Below, piece by piece: positions 46,948-56,446 of a stretch of DNA of 64,000 bases. The notes beneath the pieces are model-generated. The model was given only the letters and a program-made list of their open reading frames with translations. It had not been told where the DNA came from and made no database searches. Position numbers and translations under genes: made by a program. Numbering within the stretch: the first letter of the stretch is position 1; every line of letters starts with the position of its first letter. Origin of the DNA: a virus (Duplodnaviria; Caudoviricetes). The DNA lies in IMG/VR virus record IMGVR_UViG_3300033463_000011, positions 64,001 through 128,000 of that record. The stretch is one strand, 5' to 3'.

Positions 46948-49182
46948 ATGGCTAAGATAACAATTAATCCGATTTCCAACAATTATTCGATTAATGTTAC
47001 AAATTCTAGTTACTGCACAGTAGCACTTCCTATCACTGCTTGTTGGGGACCTGCATTTGAGGATCCAACTACAACCAACACGCCTGAGGATATTGCATTA
47101 GAAAATACTGTCTGGACTAGATTTAATTCAACACAGACCGGATTACAATCATTTGTATCTACATACAGAGGTCCGTCTTCCAACTACAGAAGAGCAAAGG
47201 ATTATTCATATTATGTAGCTCTTTCACTTATTTCTAATGGATATGATGTACTTGTTTGCAGACTCTGTCCCGGTACAAATGCAGGCGGTGAGTTTGTAGA
47301 AGCTTCTTCCTATCAGTATAACGTATTAACTTCTGCGCCGGATGATTGGGCAACTAATTACGCTAATTACTATACAAAGAGCGGCGATGATTACGTTGCA
47401 GTTCAAGGTGTAGTTCAAGATAAGTATGTACACGTTTCAGGTGCAGAAGCTCCTACATTTGCTGCAAATACTTATTATAAGCTCGAAGATAATGAGTACG
47501 TTCTCTTAGAAGAAGCTCCGGATGATTGGGCTACTAATTGGGCTAATTATTATCAGAAAGATGGAACAGAGACAGTTGCTCCTGCATTCACAGCAAATAC
47601 TTATTATGAAAAAGTAGATATTGGCGGAGATAAACTTACAATCAAAGCAAAGTATCCTGGTACATTTGGTAACAACATCATTGTTACAATTAAGAAGATT
47701 GTGTCCTTAGGAGCTACTTATTGGAATGCAATTGTATATGCAGTAGATGCTTCTAACATAAGAACATCTCTTGAGAATCTCACATTTGTATTTGACGTAG
47801 ATAATTCTACAGACAGAATCCTTCACATTAGCGAGGTTGAGTCTAATTATATCACATTTGTTGGATATAACGGACTTAATGAAGACAGTGAGCTTGTAGG
47901 TGATTCTGCTTATGGAACATCTGTTCCTACAATCAGGCTTGCAGGTGGTGCCGATGTAGCTGCACAGAATGATGAGGATGTTGTAACAGATATTATCACA
48001 GCAGCTCAAGATTATGCTAAAACAAGATATCTTTTAGTAGCGTCTCAGCAAGAGATTGATGAAGATCATGTTTCATATATCAATTCATTTGATGCACTTA
48101 AAGTACCTACAACTGATAAGAATTTAGCTTATGCGCTTAGATTCAGAGAGTGGACATTTACTTACGCTACAAAGGTATTTGATCTCTTGAAGGATAAGTT
48201 AACCTATAATCCTAATAGAATTATTTCTCCTTGGGATGATCAGAACTTCTACGAATTTGGAGAAACAGAACCTAAGCAAAGATTTGGTCTTCTTTCTCCT
48301 ATGCATGTAAAGTTGATGGAAGTAGCTTACAATAGTAGATGTGCTACAGCACTTCTTGATATTCCGAAGAGTTTAGCAAGAGACGGTGTTTGGATTGACG
48401 ATCCTTCTTCTGATAAGGAAGGTTACGTACAGAAGCTTTGCAGATATCAGCCCGAAGAATCTTCTCAGCAAACAGGATTATTCACTTCATCTTCTGCATT
48501 ATTTGCTCCTTGGGGTCAATATACATACGTAGGAACATCAAGACAAGCTCCTGCAACACCTTCGTTCCTCGCACTTATGATTACAAGAGCAATGATTCTT
48601 AATCAAGCTAACCAGTATGAATGGGCTCTTCCTACAATCAGAAAGACAAATTTCAAGCTAGGTAAGTTAGATTATACAATTCCTGAGGACTTACTCGATA
48701 AATGGCAGTCCAGAGAAGGTTGCAGAGTAAATGTCATTATGAACCTTCCTGAAGTTGGTGCAAGCATTTGGGGTAACTCAACATTATTTGAAGTACCTCC
48801 GGCAACATATCAAGCACTTGCTAACCTTTCTACAAGATACATCTTCAACGCAATTCAGGATGTAGTTTATAGAGTAGGTATCGGCATCACATATCAGTAT
48901 AGCAACTCCAATGCTTATGACAGATTCTACGCAGGAGTTACACCTATTCTTGATACAATGTCTAACCTTGGTGCTCTTGTAAAAGGTGCAGATGTTCCTG
49001 GTAGAACTGATCTTGACGATCCTGGCTATTATGTAACAATGGCAGCTGATATCAACGGACTTGATTCAGTAAATGCTAACTCAGTAATCGGTCAGATCAT
49101 TATTAGAACAGCAGGTGTAATCGAAGACATCACAATCGACTTGATTGCTCTTCCTCAGTCTGCTTCATTAACAGCCACCTAA
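46948..49182 (+). CDS. Tail sheath protein
   Basis: WGP, AKYPGTFGNNI, LAGG, IWGNSTL, LSTR and IEDITIDL: a contractile sheath pattern. Confidence 0.85.
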   Translation: MAKITINPISNNYSINVTNSSYCTVALPITACWGPAFEDPTTTNTPEDIALENTVWTRFNSTQTGLQSFVSTYRGPSSNYRRAKDYSYYVALSLISNGYDVLVCRLCPGTNAGGEFVEASSYQYNVLTSAPDDWATNYANYYTKSGDDYVAVQGVVQDKYVHVSGAEAPTFAANTYYKLEDNEYVLLEEAPDDWATNWANYYQKDGTETVAPAFTANTYYEKVDIGGDKLTIKAKYPGTFGNNIIVTIKKIVSLGATYWNAIVYAVDASNIRTSLENLTFVFDVDNSTDRILHISEVESNYITFVGYNGLNEDSELVGDSAYGTSVPTIRLAGGADVAAQNDEDVVTDIITAAQDYAKTRYLLVASQQEIDEDHVSYINSFDALKVPTTDKNLAYALRFREWTFTYATKVFDLLKDKLTYNPNRIISPWDDQNFYEFGETEPKQRFGLLSPMHVKLMEVAYNSRCATALLDIPKSLARDGVWIDDPSSDKEGYVQKLCRYQPEESSQQTGLFTSSSALFAPWGQYTYVGTSRQAPATPSFLALMITRAMILNQANQYEWALPTIRKTNFKLGKLDYTIPEDLLDKWQSREGCRVNVIMNLPEVGASIWGNSTLFEVPPATYQALANLSTRYIFNAIQDVVYRVGIGITYQYSNSNAYDRFYAGVTPILDTMSNLGALVKGADVPGRTDLDDPGYYVTMAADINGLDSVNANSVIGQIIIRTAGVIEDITIDLIALPQSASLTAT
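47332..47607 (+). repeat. Internal duplicated module in the sheath (APDDWATN.ANYY and AP.F.ANTYY, two copies each)
   Basis: Repeats visible in both DNA and protein. Confidence 0.85.
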
Positions 49183-49210
49183 TTCCTCATTTTAGGTATC
49201 CATACTACAG

Positions 49211-49238
49211 GGCAGGTAGCTTCGGCTATCTGCCTTTT
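49211..49238 (+). terminator. Rho-independent terminator with a cUUCGg loop
   Basis: GGCAGGTAGC-TTCG-GCTATCTGCC-TTTT. Confidence 0.85.
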
Positions 49239-49285
49239 GTATGTATACACCTTATATGTGTATATAAATTATCTTGGAGAAATTT

Positions 49286-49972
49286 ATGAAATTATATATT
49301 CAAGCAGCTATCGCAAAATATGAAAAGCCCTGTACTATATATTACGGAGACGGAAATAGTTCTGCAAGTAGAGGAAACGAACCAGAACACATTAGTGAAC
49401 TTAGAGGATACGCCTGTAGCCCTGAAATGGCATTAGTAGCTGCACTTAATGCAGACATATTAGAAAATGGATTCACATCTAAAGATATATTAGATGCTAT
49501 ATTAGATGATGACGAATGGGATCAAGAATATTTTGAATTTGATGACCCTGAGGATTTTAGCGTTGAAGAAATTAATTCTAAAGGAATTGACTTCTGGATA
49601 TCAAAAATCTATGATATAGATCTTGGAGGAGGATATCCGTATCCCTATAAAGTAGAATTCAATAATCAAGTAATATTTCACGATAAAGTTACTGAAGAGA
49701 ACTTGCTTCCAGATGCTGTAAGAACTCCAGAACAAGAAACAGCTTGGTATCTAAGAAAAAGAGAAGAAAATTATCGACTTGGTCTTGCACATCATTCTGA
49801 TGATGCTGAAATACTTGATGATTTAGCAAATGATGGTTCTTTTGAGATTAAATCTTTAGTATGTGTTAATCCAAATGTTTCAAATAAAACTCTCCTAAAA
49901 TTATATTATAGCCAAAATTCAACTATAAGTTACATGGCAGGAAATAGATTAAAAGAACGCGGAGTTATTTGA
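49286..49972 (+). CDS. Leader-bearing protein (MKLYIQAA) with a C-terminal LRV/HEAT-like repeat
   Basis: Leader; LDDLAND...NPNVS...L.KL. Confidence 0.6.
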   Translation: MKLYIQAAIAKYEKPCTIYYGDGNSSASRGNEPEHISELRGYACSPEMALVAALNADILENGFTSKDILDAILDDDEWDQEYFEFDDPEDFSVEEINSKGIDFWISKIYDIDLGGGYPYPYKVEFNNQVIFHDKVTEENLLPDAVRTPEQETAWYLRKREENYRLGLAHHSDDAEILDDLANDGSFEIKSLVCVNPNVSNKTLLKLYYSQNSTISYMAGNRLKERGVI

Positions 49973-49973
49973 T

Positions 49974-50336
49974 ATGAAAATATATAGTCATACGCACAAA
50001 CCCAAGGTAAACAATGTTGACAGCATGCAGGAATATCTTAAAAACTTTATAGGCAAAGAGCTGTGGGTTAAGGTAGGTATTGACCAAGATTATAATCTAT
50101 TTTACATTAGGGTAATTAATATATCTGGAAGCACATTAACTTGTAATCAAATATCAGCTGTGTTGGTAGATGAATCTGAAGACTATCTTTCACTGCAAGA
50201 AGATATTGATAGGTTGGAATATATCAAAAGATATGATTTATATGACATAGAAGTACCTGAAGATGGTAAACTAGACGTATATTCGACAGATGAAATAATG
50301 GAAATATTAAAAAATAGCGGGACGAGGTATATGTAA
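49974..50336 (+). CDS. GKDxW-family protein with leader
   Basis: MKIYSH; FIGKELWVKV...VYSTDE. Confidence 0.75.
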   Translation: MKIYSHTHKPKVNNVDSMQEYLKNFIGKELWVKVGIDQDYNLFYIRVINISGSTLTCNQISAVLVDESEDYLSLQEDIDRLEYIKRYDLYDIEVPEDGKLDVYSTDEIMEILKNSGTRYM

Positions 50337-50665
50337 TGAAGATATATGCTAACAGCTACACTAAAGAAGATTTAGAATATTATATTGGAAAAGATATCTG
50401 GGTCAAATGTTATTGTGCAAGCGGACATTCATATTACATGAGAATATTGTCTAAAGGTACTTCAAAATATGGAACTCCAATAATTATATTTAATAAGATA
50501 AAAGCTTATATAGTGGAAAACTTTAGGCCAACAATGAAATTGTTATCTACTTTGTTAAATGAGCAGGATCGCGGTATGATAAATGATTATGAAGTTTGTG
50601 AACCTATAGAAACACTAACAACTGACGAAATCATAGATATATTTGAACGAAAGAACGAACAATGA
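50336..50665 (+). CDS. GKDxW-family protein with leader
   Basis: MKIYAN; IGKDIWVK...PIETLTTDE. Confidence 0.75.
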   Translation: MKIYANSYTKEDLEYYIGKDIWVKCYCASGHSYYMRILSKGTSKYGTPIIIFNKIKAYIVENFRPTMKLLSTLLNEQDRGMINDYEVCEPIETLTTDEIIDIFERKNEQ

Positions 50666-50982
50666 TTATATACGCGTCGTCACAATCAAACGAACTTGAT
50701 AGATTCGTGGGCAAAGATGTGTGGATTAAAGCACACGTACCTAAACCCGGACCTAAATATAATGATCTCTATATATGGATACGAATACTCAATTCTGAAT
50801 ATGATGACGAATTAAAACAGGAAGGATACCGAGTTAACATTTGCGTTGATATGCGACACGTTAATAGCGAAGTCTTTAATGAAATATTAGATTACTCAGA
50901 AGTATTCCCTAAATATTATTTTAACGTAGTTAAACCTTATGACGTATTAACAACTAACGAACTAAAGGAGTCGCTTTCATGA
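50662..50982 (+). CDS. GKDxW-family protein with leader
   Basis: MIIYAS; FVGKDVWIK...PYDVLTTNE. Confidence 0.75.
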   Translation: MIIYASSQSNELDRFVGKDVWIKAHVPKPGPKYNDLYIWIRILNSEYDDELKQEGYRVNICVDMRHVNSEVFNEILDYSEVFPKYYFNVVKPYDVLTTNELKESLS

Positions 50983-51323
50983 AAATCTACGCATCAAGAC
51001 AACGTAAAGTAGCTGATTTTGTTGGTACAGGCTTGTGGATTAAAGTAATGAATCCTGACAACAGTAATTATACTTCTTATATAAAGTTACTTAAAGAAGT
51101 AAAGAGTTTAGATGATTGCGAAGATTGGATTGGATACGAATTTCAATCAATTCCTGAATGGGAAATTAATAGTTGGATAAATGGTGAAGCAGTAATAAGC
51201 AAAAGAATGAAGCTCAAAAAAGACGTTGCCGATAAATCTTATTTCGACGGACTCGTTTACTTAAATGAATGCTTTACTGATGAAGAAATGATGGAGTTAA
51301 TAAGGAGTAATAAAGAGCAATGA
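50979..51323 (+). CDS. GKDxW-family protein with leader
   Basis: MKIYAS; FVGTGLWIKV...FTDEE. Confidence 0.7.
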   Translation: MKIYASRQRKVADFVGTGLWIKVMNPDNSNYTSYIKLLKEVKSLDDCEDWIGYEFQSIPEWEINSWINGEAVISKRMKLKKDVADKSYFDGLVYLNECFTDEEMMELIRSNKEQ

Positions 51324-51622
51324 AGATATATGCATCAACTTCAACTAACTTAGATAAATTCATTGGCAAAGATTTATGGGTGCTCGTTTTAAAACGCGGT
51401 GGAGGTAAATCTTGGGTTCGTATATTAAGAAAAGAACGTAATGAATATATAGTTAACGCTGTTCCTAGAAACTTTGCGGATTATAGTGGATTTAATGCAA
51501 GAGACGCTAATTTTTACAACCAACACGCAATTCGTTTCTTCACAAACGAATTAATTTTAGTTCAACCTGTAGAAATTTTGACAACAGAAGAAATGTTTGA
51601 AAACCATAAGGAGGATCTCTGA
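51320..51622 (+). CDS. GKDxW-family protein with leader
   Basis: MKIYAS; FIGKDLWV...PVEILTTEE. Confidence 0.75.
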   Translation: MKIYASTSTNLDKFIGKDLWVLVLKRGGGKSWVRILRKERNEYIVNAVPRNFADYSGFNARDANFYNQHAIRFFTNELILVQPVEILTTEEMFENHKEDL

Positions 51623-51933
51623 TGATTATATACGCAGCAAGACCAGTAATGAAAGAAAAGCCTGATGAAGATATATTTAAACAAGTAATCGGCAAAGATG
51701 TTTGGATTAAGGTAAGACCAAAGCATAGTCCGTCCGATACTTTATATGCCAAGATACTTCGTATTGATAATAATGGATGGTTCGAAACTAAAGCTATTGA
51801 TATAGATAGATTGAATTTTCTTAGAAATAATAGAGAAAAGATACCTACACGAGGGTATGGTCGTCATTTCTTAATTGTTTGCAGGCCTGTTGAAATAATA
51901 ACTGAAGACGAATTGTTTGAGACAGAGCAATGA
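51622..51933 (+). CDS. GKDxW-family protein with leader
   Basis: MIIYAA; IGKDVWIKV...PVEIITEDE. Confidence 0.75.
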   Translation: MIIYAARPVMKEKPDEDIFKQVIGKDVWIKVRPKHSPSDTLYAKILRIDNNGWFETKAIDIDRLNFLRNNREKIPTRGYGRHFLIVCRPVEIITEDELFETEQ

Positions 51934-52262
51934 AGATATACGCAAATAAAAATCGTTATTTAGATCTAGAATACTTCAAAGGAAAAGAACTTTGGGTTAA
52001 AGTATTTAATGTAGAAACGATATCATTTCAGTATGTTAGAATACTGTCTATTGGTGGCAATTATGCACAATATAACAGAATTAATTCAGATGCCATAGAC
52101 GGAAATGATTTAGTATTACGTGAACATTTTGATTGGGTAACTAGTATTCTAACAAAGAAATTTTTAACTAAAGCAGATATGTTGCTAATAGCAGAGCCTA
52201 TAGAATTACTAACAACGGATGAATTTGTTGATTTAGTAAAAGAAAAGCAGGTGTATCCATGA
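51930..52262 (+). CDS. GKDxW-family protein with leader
   Basis: MKIYAN; KGKELWVKV...PIELLTTDE. Confidence 0.75.
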   Translation: MKIYANKNRYLDLEYFKGKELWVKVFNVETISFQYVRILSIGGNYAQYNRINSDAIDGNDLVLREHFDWVTSILTKKFLTKADMLLIAEPIELLTTDEFVDLVKEKQVYP

Positions 52263-52594
52263 AGATATATTCATCAAAATATTCAAATCAATTTGATAAA
52301 TATGCAGGAAAAGATATCTGGGTTAAAGTTAGAAGCAATAATCACAGCAATTACTTTTATATCAAGGTACTATATACCGAAGGTGATAACGTAGTTTGTA
52401 ACTCTGCACTTTCAGATTACATAGAGTCTCCTATAAATGATGTGTCAATTAAATGGGAAGACCTAGTAAACTATTTAAGCACTCAGTATACTTTTTACAT
52501 TCCTGATTTAACAATAGTGCATCCTGTGCAAACATTCACATATGAGGAATTAATCGAAGAGATTTCAGCTAACTACACTATTGATTACACGTAA
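52259..52594 (+). CDS. GKDxW-family protein with leader
   Basis: MKIYSS; AGKDIWVKV...PVQTFTYEE. Confidence 0.75.
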   Translation: MKIYSSKYSNQFDKYAGKDIWVKVRSNNHSNYFYIKVLYTEGDNVVCNSALSDYIESPINDVSIKWEDLVNYLSTQYTFYIPDLTIVHPVQTFTYEELIEEISANYTIDYT

Positions 52595-52629
52595 CGCTGA
52601 ATCGTTATATATTGCGAGGAGGCTTAGTT

Positions 52630-53106
52630 ATGTTTGAAAAGAGGTTTAGTTCCCCAGAATCATTAAATTATTATATGTCGGATTTTGAATACAAAGAATT
52701 CGATAGATTAATGAGTCCCGTACAGGTATTTGAACAAGAAAGCGGATCTTGCCATGACCTAGCTATTTTTGAAAATTACGAGTTATCTATCATGGGGTTA
52801 GATACTGTAGCAAAATTTCTTATTGCAGTTGATGATATTGGGCAAGGGCAAGAAACCCATTCATTTGTATACTATTTTAATGATGATAAAGTATATTGGT
52901 TTGAAAATGCTTGGACAGATTTTAGCGGAATCAATGAATTTGATAGCGAAGAAGAATTACTTGCATTTGTAATCGGAGAATTTTCAGCAAGAAACTTAGG
53001 TATGACAATATATATTGCAGATTTAATACCTAGAGAACATAGAGTTGGTGAAACTTTAAATCAGTTTGTCGATATCTGCATGGAAACTGCAGAAGAAATA
53101 AAATAA
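52630..53106 (+). CDS. Transglutaminase/papain-like protein
   Basis: GSCHD...THSF...WFENAW, a putative Cys-His-Glu triad. Confidence 0.5.
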   Translation: MFEKRFSSPESLNYYMSDFEYKEFDRLMSPVQVFEQESGSCHDLAIFENYELSIMGLDTVAKFLIAVDDIGQGQETHSFVYYFNDDKVYWFENAWTDFSGINEFDSEEELLAFVIGEFSARNLGMTIYIADLIPREHRVGETLNQFVDICMETAEEIK

Positions 53107-53246
53107 AATTTATTAATAAGGCATTAATTTTAAAATAATTTCAGAAATTTTAAATGATTCTCTTTTAATTTTGTATCTTTTATCATATAATTATAATATC
53201 ATAATGGTTTCACATATCAATAGTCTATTAGACGGAGGACCTACAT
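53101..53246 (+). promoter_or_regulatory. AT-rich early-promoter-like module, copy 1
   Basis: AAATAAAATTTATTAATAA...TATAAT...CATATCAATA...GGAGGAC, shared with 57198-57329. Confidence 0.55.
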
Positions 53247-55403
53247 ATGTCACAGATCAAAGAATACAAAATCGAAGTTAAGTCCTGGATGACAAAGAAG
53301 TCAACTCCTGATTTTACTTTAATGAAGGATCTTAATAATGATATCCCGATGCCGTTGATGATTATGTACGGTGTCAAGATCGGAGAAACTGCTCGCAGAG
53401 TAAAGATGAAGCTTCACGGGGATATCAAGCAGCGCATTACCAAGAGATGTATGCACTGCGGTATAACAATCACTAATCCAATTTCTCAATATTTCGGAAT
53501 GGGTCCGGTATGCGGATCTCATAATTATATCAATCCCTTCGCTACTGAAGAGGATCTTAATAAGGCTATTGCAGCTTATAGAGAAAAACTCGTAAACACA
53601 ACTTGGGTAGGATATATTCCTAAATCTGCTATCGTTTCTATAGATGACGATCCGGATGTAGAAACAAAGCTCGCAGAGATGGAACTTGTTACTTGTGAAG
53701 AATCCGACAAGCCTGATAACAAGTATTCTACATATTCATATTCTCCTACAATTCACGCTAGAGTAGATAAGCCTATTCAGGGCACTGATGACTACTCAGT
53801 ATTTCTTACTTTTGATTACAACAAGAAAATAGTTGAAGCAGTCAAATCACTCAGAGTTCACATCTGGGATACAGAGAAGAAGCAGTGGGAGATAGAATAT
53901 AAAGAGTTTGAAGCTCTTAAGAAAGCACTTCCCAATTTTAAATTTGATACAACTAATGAAGATATTATCCCTGCTAAGGTAGAGATAAATGATTTGTCTT
54001 TATTCAAAACAACTCCGATGCATCATCAGATAGAGGGAATTGTATATGGCCTTAATCATAGCAGATTTCTTCTTGCAGATGACCAAGGATTGGGCAAGAC
54101 AAAAGAAGTTATCGACTTAGCTCTCATTCGCAAGAAGGCTCAGAATTTCAAGCACTGCCTTATCATCTGTTGCGTTAATTCTCTCAAGTGGAATTGGCTT
54201 GCAGAGATTGAGAAGCATTCATACGAAACAGGATATATCCTCGGAATGAGAACAATGAAGAGATCCGGTAAGCTTACAGTAGGCGGTAATCCAGAAAAGA
54301 TCGAAGATTTAGATAAGCTTCTTAACAGAGATCCCGAAATAGATTCCAATCTTTTTATCATCACTAATGTAGAGTCTTTACGCAACGCAACAATAGCAAG
54401 TAAGTTATCTGAGTTATGCGTTCAGAATATAATCAGCATGGTTGCTATCGATGAAATTCATCGTTGTCGTAATCTCCAGACTCAGCAAGGTCAGGGAATG
54501 CTTCAGCTTCAGCCCTCATTCAAAGTAGGTATGACAGGTACTCCTTTACTTAATACTCCCTTAGATCTCTTCGCAATTCTCAAGTGGTTGGGCTATCAGA
54601 GATACGGATTCTCTTCATTTAAGAATCACTTCTGTAATACTGATGCTTGGGGAAGCGTTATCGGCTATAAGAACATTGATCAGCTTAAAGGTCAGTTAGA
54701 TTCTATCATGCTCCGTAGAACAAAAGAAGAAGTTCTGGATCTTCCTGATAAGGTATACGTAAATGAATACGTAGAGCTCAGTGAAGAGCAGAAGAACCTC
54801 TACAACAAAGTACTTGTAGCTGCAGCTAATTCTTCTGAAACAGGAACAGATTGCATATTAGCAGCATACCTTAGACTTCGCCAGATTTCCGGAGGTATTG
54901 GACCTTATAGCTTCATCAAAAATAATGCTAAGCTCGACAGATTAGAGCAGCTGGTAGAAGAAGCAGTATATTCAGGTAACAAAGTAATTGTTTACAGCAA
55001 CTGGATAGAAGGTATAAAGCCCGCAGTTGAAAGGCTTCAGAAATATAATCCTGTAGTTATAACAGGCGAAATCAACGAATTAGATCGCCAGCCCATCGTA
55101 AATAAATTCCAGAATGACCCATCAGTTAAAATTATCTGCTGCACAACAAAAGCTGCAGGCGTAGGTATCACATTAACAGCCGCTAACGAAGTTATCTTCT
55201 TAGATGAGCCTTGGACTGACGGTGATAAGGAACAGGCTTGCGATAGAGCACACAGAATCGGAACATCTTCAACAGTAACAATCCATACAATTATTGGGCA
55301 TGATACTTATGACGAAGAAGTTCACGCAATTGTAAAGGGCAAGAAGAAGATGTCAGATACAATCGTTAATAAAAAGGATCTTGAAAAGCTCAAAATAGCA
55401 TAA
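53247..55403 (+). CDS. SNF2-family helicase with N-terminal Zn finger and HARP-like domain
   Basis: DDQGLGKT, DEIH, TGTP, LRRTK and QACDRAHRIG motifs; CMHCG...GPVC; FDYN...WD...W. Confidence 0.9.
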   Translation: MSQIKEYKIEVKSWMTKKSTPDFTLMKDLNNDIPMPLMIMYGVKIGETARRVKMKLHGDIKQRITKRCMHCGITITNPISQYFGMGPVCGSHNYINPFATEEDLNKAIAAYREKLVNTTWVGYIPKSAIVSIDDDPDVETKLAEMELVTCEESDKPDNKYSTYSYSPTIHARVDKPIQGTDDYSVFLTFDYNKKIVEAVKSLRVHIWDTEKKQWEIEYKEFEALKKALPNFKFDTTNEDIIPAKVEINDLSLFKTTPMHHQIEGIVYGLNHSRFLLADDQGLGKTKEVIDLALIRKKAQNFKHCLIICCVNSLKWNWLAEIEKHSYETGYILGMRTMKRSGKLTVGGNPEKIEDLDKLLNRDPEIDSNLFIITNVESLRNATIASKLSELCVQNIISMVAIDEIHRCRNLQTQQGQGMLQLQPSFKVGMTGTPLLNTPLDLFAILKWLGYQRYGFSSFKNHFCNTDAWGSVIGYKNIDQLKGQLDSIMLRRTKEEVLDLPDKVYVNEYVELSEEQKNLYNKVLVAAANSSETGTDCILAAYLRLRQISGGIGPYSFIKNNAKLDRLEQLVEEAVYSGNKVIVYSNWIEGIKPAVERLQKYNPVVITGEINELDRQPIVNKFQNDPSVKIICCTTKAAGVGITLTAANEVIFLDEPWTDGDKEQACDRAHRIGTSSTVTIHTIIGHDTYDEEVHAIVKGKKKMSDTIVNKKDLEKLKIA

Positions 55404-55417
55404 AGGAGGTATCATAT

Positions 55418-55816
55418 ATGGTCGGCAAAATAGTTAAGATGTGGAAATATCCTCCGGGAATTGGATTTATTCAAGGGGACGACGGTGTTGAGTACTATCT
55501 GCATTGGAAGAATTGTACTAAACACACTAAAACTTTCAAAGAAGGCAATTTTGTAGAATTCGATATAGGTGAAGTTAAAGAATCTACTCGACCTTATGCT
55601 CTAAACATACGTAAGATAGGGCACGGAGTAAATCATCCATTTGCAAGAGATATTCAAGTTATCGGAGATAACATATTGAAATTCATTCCAGATGACTGCG
55701 AAAGTAAACAATATATGCTCCGCAATATAGATGCAATTTACAAATACTTTTGTAATGTTAAGGATTGCGATCAGTATTCAAATCCTAAAGAGTATTTCAG
55801 AAACCTTGATAATTAA
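55418..55816 (+). CDS. Cold-shock (OB) domain protein
   Basis: GKIVK...GFI...YYLHW...VEFDI...ALNIR. Confidence 0.7.
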   Translation: MVGKIVKMWKYPPGIGFIQGDDGVEYYLHWKNCTKHTKTFKEGNFVEFDIGEVKESTRPYALNIRKIGHGVNHPFARDIQVIGDNILKFIPDDCESKQYMLRNIDAIYKYFCNVKDCDQYSNPKEYFRNLDN

Positions 55817-55867
55817 ATCAGAATCGTTATAAACTTTGTATCAATAATTCTAATAGGAGGCTATCAT

Positions 55868-56446
55868 ATGAATGGCGTTATCAATTATAGCAAATTAGTT
55901 AATCCAGCTCCTTCTTGGTCTTTTCATCTTGATAATAATGGAGACCAGTCCGATGTAATAATCCTTTTAAGATCTGAGGATGATATCCGAGCTAGATACG
56001 AAGGAGATAGTTCAAACAATGAAAATATGAAAATCATTATCCCATTATATGACGTAGTAAACGATCAAGTTATCTTCTGGACACGAAGTAAATTTGTATG
56101 TCATCAGCTTGCTAATATATTCAAATGTTACAAAGATCCAACACAATTTGTTTTCAGAATAACAAGATATGGGGAAAGATTATTAACTACTTATAACATA
56201 GAAGCAATTGCTAATAACACAGTTAAATCTTATGAAGATATTTATGATGCATGGGTTGATAAAGTACCTAGTATTTATCAAGGAATTTTAGTTAGTCCTT
56301 ATGGTGAAGACTTAGAAGATATTTCTGAGATTGAAATAGATGAGCATAAACTTACACCGCTTACTTGTAAATGCTGTGGTGGATCTATAGATAAGCAACA
56401 TATGACGTGCAAATTTTGCGGAACACATTATATTCTACCAAAATAA
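55868..56446 (+). CDS. SSB-like fragment with a C-terminal Zn ribbon
   Basis: F.L.NNGD...FRITRYG...Y pattern; CKCCG...CKFCG. Confidence 0.4.
   Translation: MNGVINYSKLVNPAPSWSFHLDNNGDQSDVIILLRSEDDIRARYEGDSSNNENMKIIIPLYDVVNDQVIFWTRSKFVCHQLANIFKCYKDPTQFVFRITRYGERLLTTYNIEAIANNTVKSYEDIYDAWVDKVPSIYQGILVSPYGEDLEDISEIEIDEHKLTPLTCKCCGGSIDKQHMTCKFCGTHYILPK

Noticed and set aside
49974-52594. Tandem array as a DGR target set or integron cassette array
   Set aside because: No reverse transcriptase or integrase, no near-identical TR/VR pair and no attC-like spacers; the genes overlap or abut directly.
10712-52594. Shared leader as a Sec or lipoprotein signal peptide
   Set aside because: There is no hydrophobic h-region; the motif is only 6-9 aa and is followed by polar sequence.
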